A stretch of 64,000 nt of DNA from Malacoraja senta. Its lineage: Eukaryota. The notes under the pieces are model-generated. The model was not told the origin of the DNA. It saw only the letters and a program-made list of their open reading frames with translations, and searched no databases. The stretch covers positions 1 through 64,000 of the forward strand of contig CM075995.1 of the NCBI GenBank assembly GCA_038087875.1. Reading direction: 5' to 3'. Below, in pieces: positions 23,850 through 35,800 of this stretch (its first letter is position 1; the number at the start of each line of letters is the position of its first letter). Made by a program: the position numbers and the translations under genes.

Positions 23850-26800
23850 GAGTCATAGAATGATACTGCATAGAAAAAGGTATTTCGGCCTAACTTGCCA
23901 ACACCGGCCAATATGACCCAGCTACACGAGTCCCACCTGCCTGTGTTTGGCCAATATCCCTCTAGACCTGTCCTCTCCATGTACCTGTCTAACTGTTTCT
24001 TAAACGTTGGGATAGTCCCTGCCTCAACTACCTACTGTGGCAACTTGTTCCATACACTCACCACCCTTTGTGTGAAAAAGTTACCCATTAGATTCCTATT
24101 AAATCTATTAAAAATAACATCCTCGTAAATCTTCTCTGTACCCTTTCCAGTTTGACTTTTCCAATAACATGGTGCCCGAACTGAACACAATACACTAAAT
24201 GCAGCCTCACCAACGTCTTATAGAACTGCAGCATGACCTCCCTACTTCTATACTAAATACTCTGATGAAGGCCAATGTGCCAAAAGCCTTTTTGACCACC
24301 CTATCTACCTGCGACTCCACCTTCAAGGAACCATGCACCTGCACTCCTAGATCCGTCTGGTCTACAACACTCCCCAGAGTCCTGCCATTCACTGTGTAGG
24401 TCCAACCCATGTTTGACTTTCCAAAATGCAACACCTTACATCTCTCTGTATTAAATTCCATCAACCATTCCTCAGCCCACCTGCCCAACTGATCAAGATC
24501 CTGCAGCAATTTTTTCAACCATCTTCACCATCTGCAAACTATCTACTTTTGTATCATCTGCAAACTTGCTAACATTGCCATGTTTCTTCTTCTTCTTCTT
24601 AAGCCCTTTGCTCCACTAGGGAGCATAGGCCATTGACAAATGTCCTCCACCTCACTCGGTTATTGGCAATTCTTTCAAGATCTCTCCATTAGAGCCCACT
24701 CTCAGACATTTCTGTCTGGACACCTCTTCTCCAGCTGTTCCTGTGGCAACCTCTTTTCCTTTTTCCTCGGGGTTTCCATTTCAGGGCTTGCTGGGTGATG
24801 TTTGTGGCAAGTTTCCTGAGGGTGCGTCCAATCCAACTCCATTTTCTCCTTCGAATGTGTAAGTTAATGGGCTCCTGGCTTGTTCTTTTCCACAGATCCA
24901 CGTTGCTTACTTTGTCTCTCCACCAGATGTTAAGTATTCTCCTAAGGCATTTGTTAATGAATATTTGCAGCCTGTATGTAGTGTGTTTTATTGTTTTCCA
25001 TGTCTCTGATTCATACAGCATCACCTATTTCACATTTGAGTTAAAGATGTGTATTTTGGTGTTGATTGAGATGTGTTTTGAGCTCCAGATCTTCCTGAGC
25101 ATGTTAAACACCACCCTAGCCTTATTGATTCTACTTTTTATGTCTACCTCTGCCCCTCCGGTGATGTCCACAACACTGCCTATGTATGTGAATGTGTCTA
25201 CCTCCTCTAGAGCAGTGCTGTGCACAAGGATAGGGTTGCTGGTTTTGGAGTGGATCCTCATCACCTGTGTCTTTGCTCTATTGGGTGCAAGACCAAGTTT
25301 TGTTGCAGCTTGTGAGAGTCTATCGGTCATCTCCTGCATTTGTATCTGTGTGTGTGAAAGGAGAGCTATGTCTTCTGCAAAGTCAGATCACCTAGCTGCT
25401 CCCACATTGTCTACTGAATTCCATTTATTTTCCCTTACAATACAATACTGTTTATTGTCATTTGTTGTTTCATTGTCTTTCGTTGTTTCCATCATGATCC
25501 AGTCAATTGCCAGGAGGAACAGGAATGGTGACAATAGACATCCCTGCTTGACGCCCGTCCTGACACTAAAGCTCTGGGAGAGCTGGCCTGCATGCATAAC
25601 TTTGCATGAGGTTTCATCATACGAGTTTTTGATTAAGTTTATGATCTTGGTGGGAATTCCGTAGTGGTCCATTAGGCGCCATAGTGTTGCCCTGTCTAAG
25701 CTGTCAAACGCTTTCTCAAAGTCGATGAAGTTAATGTACACGGACATGTTCCATTCAACAGATTGCTCAATGATGATGCATAATGTTGCTATGTGATCTG
25801 TGCATGAGCGATCCTTCCTGAATCCTGCTTGCTGGTCCCGTAGCCTCTTGTCTACAGCTTCCTGAAGACGGTTGAGGATGAACTGGTTGAGAATTTTACT
25901 GGGTACAGAAAGTAGGGTGATCCCTCGGTAGTTGTCACATTTTCTTAAGTCATCTTTTTTTGGCAGTTTCACAATGTATCCCTCTGCCCATTCTGTGGGT
26001 GTATTTTCCCACAGAAGCCATAGCGCATGTCTGAAGAGGAGTCTATATCTACTTTCAGGGCTTCAGTTGGAATATTGTCAGGGCCAACAGCCTTGCCAGT
26101 TTTCTGTTGGTTGATTGCAGCCTTTATTTCTGATTTTGTTGTCTGTCACATTTAATTTGTAGTGGTATCCTGGCTTTGGGTCTGTATAGCCGGTGGTGGC
26201 CTGTTTAGGACTTCCTCAAAATGTTCTACCTATCTTTCGAGCTGCATCTCCTGGGTTGAAAGCAGTTCTTGTCTGTAATTGGTTTATTACTCTGGAGATA
26301 TGTCCCGGACAATTTCCTTGTGATGGTATATAACTCCCTCATGATCCTTTGGGTCGCCACAATTTCTGCCTCTTTGGCTAGCCTCTCCACCTGTGTTCTC
26401 TTGTCCCTCCTGATGTTCTTTCGCATTTCTTTGTGGCATCTGTTGTACTCCTTTTGGGCTAAAGCCTTTTCAGCCCTTGTTCTTGAGTTGTTCACTTTCT
26501 CCTTTAACTTTTTCCTCTGTTGGATTATGGATTATTATTGCCATGTATGTTCTCATCCAAAACATTGATATAGATAAACAGTAACAGGTCCAGCACCGAA
26601 CCCTGAGGCAACCACCAATCACAGTCCTCCAGTCCAAGGAGCAACCTTCCACCATCACCCTCTGCTTCCTTCCATGAAGCCAATTTTCTATCCATTCAGT
26701 TATCCCACCTTGGATCCCATGCGACCTAACCTGCCAGAGCAGCCTACCAAATGGAACCTTGTTGAATGCTTTGCTTAAGTCCATGTATACAACAATTACA

Positions 26801-26930
26801 GCTCTGCCCTCATCAATCTTTTTGGTCACGTCTTCAAAATCAGATTTGTGAGACACAACCTTCCACATACAAAAACCATGCTGACTATCCCTAATCAGCC
26901 CTTGTCCATATAAATGCATGTATATCTTTG
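23850..26930 (-). mobile_element. CR1 fragment interrupted by an RTE
   Basis: LQDLDQLGRWAEEWLMEFN on the left of the RTE; QHGF..DLSKAFNKVP..WIENWL on the right. Confidence 0.85.
24584..26536 (-). mobile_element. RTE-clade LINE, 5'-truncated, with 10-bp TSD and (AAG)n tail
   Basis: TSD attgccatgt at 24574-24583 and 26537-26546; NYRGITLLS, QAGFR, FIDFEKAFDS, GVKQGCLLSP, RRKWSWIG. Confidence 0.92.
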
Positions 26931-28229
26931 GTATAATCATTGGTGTCTATCGTAGGTATAAACCAATATCTGCAGTCCCAAAGCAGTTTTAAGTGTGGAT
27001 GGAGTCGATGGTGGGGAGTTTGATCTGTGTGACAAACTGGGCTACATCAAGAACTCTGCAATTTCATGCAGTTTTAGGCAGAGCTGTTCTCAAACTAAGC
27101 TGTGGTATAACCCGAGAATATGCTTTCTACAGTGCATCAGTAGAAGTCAGTATGAATTGTCGGGAGACATGCTGAACCTCCTTAGTCTTCTAATGAAGCA
27201 GAGGTGTTGGAAATATTCATTCAGGTTAGCTTATAACAATCCACCATTTATAGATCCACGCTAGCTCTTAATTGACTCAAACCTCTCCAAGTATTAATTG
27301 TTTTATTTTCCTGATTGTCATTCCTATGTATGGAGTTTATACACTGTATGGAGTTATTAGTTTGTAATTATTGTACGCTGTACAGAGTTTGTACGGTCTC
27401 CCTGTGACCGTGTGGGTTTTCTCCAGGCTGCTCCAATTTCAAACACATGCCGTTTTGTAGGTTAATTGGCTTCTGCAAATTGTCCTGAGTGTGTAGGATA
27501 GAACTAGTGTACAGGTGATCGCTGGTAGGCGCGGACTCGGTGGGTCTGTTTCCACACTGTATCTCCAAAACCCTGTCCACCAGTATTACTAAACTAACCT
27601 GTCAGCAGTTATTTGAAGTGTCCGTACTTTTCTTGAACAAATGTGTCATATTTCTCACCTTACAATCTTGAATGAATTAATGATGATGAATGACACGTAC
27701 CTAGGCACAGTGAAATGCTTTGTTTTGCATACAACCCGGTAAAATCGTGCAGCAGACCTCACCTAGGCAGTACACAAGTGTCGCCACGTGTCTGGCACCG
27801 ACAAAGTTACAAGTTCAGGCACCATCTCAGTATCTAAGGAAGTTTGACCTCTCCACGCCAATCTTTCTCAGCAATACAGTACCTGTTTTCATCTGAGAAT
27901 AGTTTTGATTTGCAACTCAATTATACCAAGCAGATTAACCACATATTTAAATATTTTTAATAAGGGCACAATATCACCTAATCTGCATTAACTACATTAG
28001 CTCCGAGTTTTAATTGGAACTTGCAGTGTTTACTTACATTGCCCTCCATAATGTTTGGGACAAAGACTCATCATTTATTCATTTGCCTCTGTACTCCACA
28101 ATTTGAGATTTGTAATAGAAAAAAATCACATGTGGTTAAAGTGCACATTGCCAGATTTTATTAAAGGCCAATTTAAAGATTTTGGTTTCACCATGTTGAA
28201 ATTACAGCAGTGTTTATACATAGTCCATC

Positions 28230-30745
28230 TGTCGTCGTCGTCCAGCTTCTTGGCGTGAGGGCTACGGCATCAGACCGGGGCGCAGTACTCGGCGGCTGAG
28301 AACACCAGGGCCACTGGGGACATGCGCAGTGTCTTCGTCATGGCTCCCCATGTGGTGCCGGCTAGGCGCCGTATCAGTGCGGCACGGGCGCTTGTCTTTG
28401 CCTTGGCACCTTCCAGGTGTTGTTTGAATGACAACGATCTGTTGAGCTTCACACCGAGGTACGTGGGGACAGGCTGGGACCGTAACCGGGCATTATCCAC
28501 CATGACGTTCATCTCGCAGGTCGCTTCCCTGTTGTTGAGGTGGAACATTGAAGATGTTGTCTTACCCATGCTGAGCTTGAGGCGCCAGTTCCTCAGGTAT
28601 GAAGACAGGATGTTCATGTCTTCAGAGAGGCCCTCTTCTACTGCTTCCCAGGAGGGCTTACTGAGTAGGATGGCCAGGTCATCAGCATAGCCATACTTCT
28701 TTGACTGGGTTGCAGGTAGGTCATGGATGTAGATGTTGAACAGCATTGGTGCCAGCACTGAGCCCTGAGGGACGCCGTTCTTAAGTTTCCTCACCCTGCT
28801 GCATTGCCCGTTGCTGGTGTGTAGCCTGAAGCTGCGGTTGCTCAGCATCTCCATGATGAAGCTCATCATGTGCATGTCTGGGATGTTTCCAGAAGCTTCA
28901 TGTGTTGTCCACGCAGCCAGACAGTACCATGTGCAGCTGTGAGGTCCAAGAAGACAGCCCCTGCCTTCTCCCCTGCCTGGAAGCTGTCCTCTATGTCTTG
29001 GCACAGGAGGGTCACCTGGTCCGCCTTTGACCTACCGCTTCGGAAGCCAGCCTGTTCTTTAGGCAGCTGGGGGTCGATCACTGGATTGAGACGTGTGTGG
29101 AGGAGACGTTCCAGGAGCTTATATGGAACACACAGCAGTGAGATGGGTCGGTATCCCTTGGGGTCATCGCTAGGCTTGTTTGGCTTCAGCAGAGCGATCA
29201 TCTTGGCACGGCGCCAGATCTTTGGCTGCTTCAGGCAGCGGAAACACATGGAGGAGTATAGCCAGTCAGTTACCTTCTTGCCTTGGTGTTTTATGTATTC
29301 CGGGTGGATGCCGTCGGTGCCTGGTGCCTTACCGGTTTTCAGCCGTCGGATGGCCTGCTCGATTTCTTGTGTTGTGAAATCGTGGGATAGGTTGGAGTCG
29401 CAGCTCGGGGCCTTGTGTAGCTCGTGGACTCTCGCCAATGTTGTTCTGGTGAAGTCCTTGTCTGCGTTGGGGAAGCAGCCGTTGCTCAGCAGTAGCGATG
29501 CGATGGAATGTGCAGTGATGGGACACTGTGCTGGGGTTGTCGACCTGCCCATCAGCTTGTTCATGGATGGCCACGCCTGATGGCTGGAGTGTGTGAAATC
29601 AATTGATTCCACTGTCTCCATCCATCTTTGCCTGCGTTTCTCATTTAGTCTGCAGATTAGGTCATTCGCTGCTTTGTCCCTGTCTTCGCTGGTTTGTGAT
29701 TCTGTGTGGGCGCGAAGTAGGTCTTCACATTCGTCATCCCAGCAGGGAACATAGGCTTTACGTACACCGCGGGGGATGTTCTTCTTGGCGGCGGCCAGCA
29801 GCATCTTGCAGTACGAGTTGTAGGCATTATTCAGGTTGGTGGGGCGTGGGTGTGGGAGGCCAGCGGCTGCCTTATTCACTTGTTGTGTGAAGCCTACCCA
29901 GTTTGCTTTCCAGAAGTTCCACCTCTTGACGTCTTTCCCTTCCACGGTCTGGACCAGAGATGGAATGGTTATGAGCGATGGTCGTTGGTGTGACCGGGGA
30001 AACCTGTCCAGGATGCGTCTTACTGGGAGCGGTTCGTTGTTGCGACATTTTGCGAAGGCCAGGTCCGGGTTGGTGGTGCTGTTCCAGCGTGCAGAGTAGA
30101 AAGTGCGTGGCTCCTTTGGGTCGTATAGGAGCGTTGCATCGGCGGTCGAGGCCCATTCTGCCAGGAAGTCGCCGTCAGCGTTGGAGCTGCTGTATACCCA
30201 GTCTGTATGATGGCTGTTGAAGTCACCAGCATACACGGCAGGGGCTGGGACATCTGGCAGAGATGTTGGGACCAACCTGCTCGGAGGCGGCTTGTAAATG
30301 TTGACGATGGTAGTGTCTTGCACTTTGGTTGTGATCCATTCTACCTCTGCGGACTGTGCTATGGCTGACCAAGCCATGTCGATTCGAACGAACGTAGCTA
30401 TACCATGATGTTTGTCGGCGGTGTGACCGGCCAGGGTATACCCAGGAAGTTTCAGGAAGTTCTTATTTTCGGTGTGAGTCTCCTGCAGTAGAACTATAGT
30501 CGCCTTGTTTTTGATGGCAATCTGTTCGATGACGTTGAGCTTGGCGGTGGTAAGGGCTTCAACATTGTGCTGCAGTAGTGCTAAACCTCGACAGTTGGCG
30601 GCATTTAACGGTGCCGCCTGGCCTGGGGAGGCATGGCTTTTAGTGGTCTGCAGACGTGGTAAAGACATTGATTTCACTTTGTGGGCTTATGAGCCTGTAA
30701 GCTACTCATGGAGGAGGCCGCGTAGAGGCTGTCTTTGTCTCCCCC
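28230..30745 (-). mobile_element. Vingi/ingi-clade LINE (single ORF, APE and RT), 5'-complete, 3' internally deleted, inserted in Tc1
   Basis: LQHNVEAL, LQETH, AGDFNSHH.DW, PDLAF, FPRSHQRP, YRPISLL, FLDLTAA, GVPQGSVLAP, YADD. One frameshift at about 28885; (GAC)n tail; no ORF1. Confidence 0.85.
30661..30745 (-). ncRNA. HDV-like (nested double pseudoknot) ribozyme at the Vingi 5' end, possibly inactive
   Basis: P1 GGGGGAG/CTCCTCC, P2 AAAGACA/TGTCTTT, P3 GCC/GGC, L3 TCTACGC; G1 is the exact element boundary. Confidence 0.75.
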
Positions 30746-31285
30746 GCTTGAAGTCTGAGATTCATGGACATCACCAGTTGCTGGGTGTCTTCACTGGTGA
30801 TGCTCTGCCAGGCCTGTATTGCAGCCATCTTTAGCTTATGCTTGTTTTGGGGGCTAGTCCCCTTCAGTTTTCTCTTCAACATATAAAAGGCATACTCAAT
30901 TGGGTTTAGATCAGGTGTTTGACTTGGCCACTCAAGAATTTCCCATTTCTTAGCTTTGAAAAACACCTTTGTTGTTTAAGCAGTATGTTTGGGATCATTG
31001 TCTTGCTGTAGAATGAACCACGGGCCAATGAGTTTTGAAGCATTTGTTTGAACTTAAGCAGATAGGATATGTTTATACACTTCAGAATTCATTATGCTAC
31101 TACCATCAGCAGTTGTATCATCAATGACGATAAGTGAGCCAGTACCTTCAGCAGCCATACATGTCCAGGCCATAAACCCCCACCACCGTGTTTCACAGAT
31201 GAGGTGGTATGCTTTGGATCTTGGGCAGTTCCTTCTCTCCTCCATACTTTGCTCTTGCCATCATTCTGATATGTTAATCTTCATC

Positions 31286-31496
31286 TTTGATGTATACAGT
31301 GTCTTGTCTATGGTTTTTGTCTGTTCTTTTGCACTTTGTATTCTTGGTAAGATTTGTGATTTGTGATGTGCTTTATTATTATGATCTGTGTTGTTATTAG
31401 TGTTAATGTGCTAAAGCAGTGTACCATCATGTACCGAACCCAATTACCACCAACCCTGGTCGTGTGGCAAATAAAGTTTCTATTCTATTCTATTCT
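31286..31496 (+). mobile_element. Short LINE 3'-tail insertion in the Tc1 transposase
   Basis: Splits the W-T-D-E region; ends aataaa plus (ttcta)n. Confidence 0.65.
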
Positions 31497-33354
31497 ATCT
31501 GTCCACAAGACCTTTTTCCAGAACTGTGGTTGCTCTTTTAAGTACTTCTTGGCAAACTGTAACCTGACCATCCTATTTTTGCAGCTAACCAGTGGTTTGC
31601 ATCTGGCCGTGCAGCCTCTGTATTTCTGTTCATGAAGTCTTCTGCGGGCAGTGGTCATTGACAAATCCACACCTGACTCCTGAACAGCGTTTCTGATCTG
31701 TCGGACAGGTGTTTGGGGATTTTTCTTTATTGTAGTGAGAATTCTTCTGTCATCAGCTGTGGAGGTCTTCCTTGGCCTGCCAGTCCCTTTGCGATTAGTA
31801 AGCTCACCAGTGCTCTCTTTCTTCTTAATGATGTTCCAAACAGTTGATTTTGGTAAGCCTAAGGTTTGGCTGGTCTCTAACATTCTTGTTTCTCAGTCTC
31901 ATATTGGCTTCTTTGACTTTCATTGGCACAACTTTGTCCTCATGTTGATAAACAGTAATAAAAGTTTCCAAGGGTGATGGAAAGACTGGAGGAAATACTA
32001 GATGCTGAGAGCTCTCTTATACCTGCATTAAGCAAGCAATTAAACACACCTCTAGCAATTACAAACACCTGTGAAGCCATGTGTCCCAAACATTATGGTG
32101 CTCTGAAATGGGGGGACTATGTATAAACATATTTTCTACATGGTGAAACCAACATGCATAAAAACACCCTTTAATAAAATCTGACAATGTGCACTTTAAC
32201 CACGTGTGATTTTTTTTCTATTACAAATCTCAAATTGTGGAGTAAAGAAGCAAATAAATAAATGATGGGTCTTTGTCCCAAACATTATGGAGGGCACTGT
32301 ATTTGCTGCATGGCAATGTCATCCCAGACTAGATTTTCCGGTTCAGCTGCTAAGATGGCAGGACACAATCACAGGATGTCATCTTGTATCTTGGCATCTT
32401 GTCATTTAGCTTCAGTTCTACTGTGGAACAAACATGTAAAGGCAACCCCTATCCCTTGTATTGGAAATCAGCCAGCACAGAACAAGAAGGTACTTCCAAG
32501 TGTCCTGCAACTCTTTCACTGATTTTTCCAACAAAGTTATGCAAGTCCCAGATATACTTTTGTTCATCATGAGATATTAGCACAGTGGCGTAACTGGCAG
32601 AGCCGCTGTCTCACAGCGTCAGAGACCTGGGTTCAATCCTGACCTTGTGTGCAGTTTGTGTGGAGTTTGCTTGTTCTCTGTGACTGCGTGGGTTTCCTCC
32701 GGGTGCTTCCATTTCTTCTCATATCCCAAAGAATTGCATTGTTATGTTTCAGGACATATGACAATAAAACACTCTTGATTGTATCTGCCGCCATCACCAT
32801 TCCTGGCAGCGCATTCCAGGCAACGACCAGCCTCTGTGCAAAATCTTGCCGCACACATCTCCTCTAAACTTTCACCTTAAAGCTATGAATGTTTGATGTG
32901 ATGGAGCTTGATTCGTGAGCCTGTTGTCAGGCAACATATGACCTGCCCATCGAAATTTGAGTAGTGTGACCAGAGCATTGATGTAAGTGAAATTGGCTGA
33001 GGCAGCACAAGTTGGATAATACATGAGCAGTGCTTTGAGGTGCATACTGTAAGCTGCCCATCTTCCAAAGCATACAGGGCAGAGATCACTGTTCTTCCTT
33101 TGGTTCCAGTATTGCTGAGAATCAGAATTCATTTTCAATTGGTGGTGATCACTTTACTTTAGAGATACAGCATGGAAAGACCAGCGATCACCCTGTACAT
33201 TAGCACCATCCTACATGCTAGGGACAATTTACAATTTTTACCAAAGCTAATGAACCTACAAGCCTGTTCGTCTTTGGAGTGTGGGAAGAAACTGGAGCAC
33301 TCTGAGAAAAAAGGGAGAAATTTGCTTATTTAGATAGTGAACATTAATATTTAA

Positions 33355-33471
33355 TGTTTAAGAAGTAACTGCAGATGCTGAAGAAGGTTCTCCACCCGAA
33401 ACGTCACCTATTTCCTTCGCTCCATAGATGCAGCCTCACCCGCTGCGTTTCTCCAGCATTTTTGTCTACCT
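33355..33471 (+). mobile_element. Penelope pLTR-derived mini-insertion with hammerhead-like core
   Basis: 11-bp TSD ttaatatttaa (33344-33354 and 33472-33482); ctgaagaaggttctccacccgaaacgtc. Confidence 0.7.
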
Positions 33472-34239
33472 TTAATATTTAACGACACAGTGGTGCTGGT
33501 TTCCGACGGGCACGGTGACGGATACACCACACATCTCTGTCCTCCATTCAGCTGGCAAACTCCTCTTTTGTCTCTAGAATACTGAGAAATATTACTGCCA
33601 TTTGCCTTTAATGCTCATATCTATCCATTTATGTTACTTCTTAAACAAAATCATTAATGGAGTTATGTCTGTACTTTATTATCTATTTAATTTCAATATA
33701 TTTAGCTACTAAATCTTTCAGATGGGTTTTAGAATCCTTCAAATCGTTGCTCTATAATTGCTATTGCTCAAATGTTGGTCTACTCTTACCTCAATGGTTC
33801 TGGTCAACTCTTACCTTAAATCCTTTCCCATAACTGCTCCACTTGTATGTGAACATTTTACAGATTGAATTAAGGAAAGAGTTTAGATATAACCTTTTAT
33901 TGGATGTAACCATTTTACTCCTGTTTCTTGCCAATTAATTTAAAGATTATTCTGTTATTTCCTCATCTTACATGAGTCTGGCAAAGATTATAAATCTAGG
34001 GAGGGTTGGACCATGTTGGGATCCGAGTGCTTATGAACATGAACATAACCGAATAGAAAAACCAATACAATCAACAAACGTGGGGTTCCTGGTGACCGGA
34101 ATTTGTTGTGAAGAAGGAGTTTTGAAAGAGTTCCACTTTACAAGTGTGCAAAGTGGGGAATTTTTTAATAAAACCCATGGCATGATTTTTGACAGAAAAC
34201 AAAATGCCTTATTTTACTTGAGTCTGAAGAAGGGTCCCT

Positions 34240-35030
34240 GGAGAGAATGGAGCAGATGGGCTTTTACACTCTGGAGTTTAGAAGGATGAGAGGATATCTC
34301 ATTGAAACATATAAGATTGTTAAGGGCTTGGACATGCTAGAGGCAGGAAACATGTTCCCGATGTTGGGGGAGTCCAGAACCAGGGGCAACAGTTTAAGAA
34401 TAAGGAGTAAGCCATTTAGAACAGAGACGAGGAAACATTTTTTCTCACAGAGAGTGGTGAATCTGTGGAATTTTCTGCCTCAGAGGGCGGTGGAGGCCGG
34501 TTCTCTGGATGCTTTCAAGAGAGAGCTAGATAGGGCTCTTAAAAATAGCGGAGTCAGGGGATATGGGGAGAAGGCAGGAACGGGGTACTGATTGGGGATG
34601 ATCAGCCATGATCACATTGAATGGTGGTGCTGGCTCGAAGGGCCAAATGGCCTACTCCAGCACCTATTGTCTATCCGAAAAGGTACCTTATTAATTGTCT
34701 TCAGAGATGCTGCCTATCCCGCTGAGTTACTCCAGCATTTGGAATAGATCGGGTGGTTGCATAGCCTCTTGCCCATTTAAAGTCAAGGGAAAAAGATTGA
34801 ATAAGAATCTGAGGGGTAACTTTTTCCCACACAAAGAGTGGTGGGTGAATGGATCAACAAGGTGCCGGATGAGGTAGTCGAGGGGTGGAACTATCACAAC
34901 GTTTAAGAACCATTTAGACAGGATAGATGGGACAGGTTTAGAGGGATAGGGACCAAAGGCGGGCAGGTGGGACGAGTGTAGATGGGACATGTTGGGCCAG
35001 TGTGGGCAAGTTGGGCCAAAGGTATGCCTC
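34240..35030 (+). mobile_element. CR1 3' fragments (two subfamilies)
   Basis: YTLEFRRMRGYLIETYKI..FFSQRVVNLWN; tail cctattgtcta. Confidence 0.85.
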
Positions 35031-35109
35031 TATATTTGGTGTAAACCAGCTTGTTGCTTGGTTTCTTCCTACACATTTTAAGGACAGTTTATAAGTATTG
35101 ACCTTGTTC

Positions 35110-35800
35110 GGTCCGATGAAGCGGGGCTGTGCTCCAGCGAGGGAGAGAAAGAGGCCGACCACTCGGCCCACAGAGTTGATGCCAGCGGGCCCGGGGGGGG
35201 GGGTTGTCCGCTCCGTCGCGCGCCCGCCCCCCCGCCCGCTTCCATTGGCAGCCGCTTTTGCCGCGTGCGCCACAACTGCCATTTTGAATCTTGCGGCCGC
35301 TTGCTGGTGGCGCGCGATTCCGTTGCCCGCCCGCAGGAAGAAGCGCCCGTCCGCTCGCCGCTGGTGCTGGGCTCGGCTCACCTCACGGAACTCAGGTAAA
35401 ATCCAGCCTCCCTTTCTCTCTCTCCCGCCCACTGGTCCTGGAGCTCATCTCGCCTCAACGGAGCGCAGCTGAAATCTCCCGTCCCGTCCCGTCCGTCCAT
35501 CTCTCTCCCGCTCGATCACGGGTGGTGCGCTCGGATCGCCTCACGGAGAGCAGGTGAACCCCCCCCCCCCTTCCCTCCCTCCGGCGTCCACCGCGTCGTC
35601 TGTGTGGCACCCGGACTTTATTGTACGCGCGGGGTGTGTGTGTTGGGGGGGAGTCTCTACCGCGACTGACTGTGGGGAGAGATTAGAAACGCCGCGGCCT
35701 TCATTCCGCAGCCGGCCGGCCGGCCGCCCACCCGGTCCGTCTCAGTTCGCCCGCTCCAGCAACGGTTCTTCCACCCCCCCGGATCGGCTGCGGGGAGGCG
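35110..35800 (+). promoter_or_regulatory. DEK: CpG island / DEK promoter
   Basis: Sharp GC/CpG enrichment; GC boxes 35221-35238, inverted CCAAT (attgg 35244-35248), E2F-like tttgccgc 35257-35264, YY1-like gccatttt 35278-35285, CHR-like tttgaa 35283-35288. Confidence 0.85.
35280..35395 (+). other. DEK: Putative non-coding exon 1 of DEK (start approximate)
   Basis: Strong donor cag|gtaaa at 35396 within the CpG island; human DEK also has a non-coding first exon. Confidence 0.6.

Larger units (their letters stand above)
28037..32299 (-). mobile_element. Tc1 DNA transposon (IR/DR type), defective DD34E transposase
   Basis: TA-flanked ~190-bp inverted repeats (cattgccctccataatgtttgggacaaag / ctttgtcccaaacattatggagggcactg); inner DR at about 32082; GRPRKTS, VLWTD, QQDNDPKHT, WPSQTPDLNPIE. 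Confidence 0.93.

Noticed and set aside
24795..25664. 289-aa hydrophobic ORF (also 42231-43031 and 28870-29580)
   Set aside because: These are antisense shadows of RTE and Vingi coding frames.
30560..30668. 2A-like peptide at the Vingi N-terminus, as in ingi/L1Tc
   Set aside because: No DxExNPGP motif is present.
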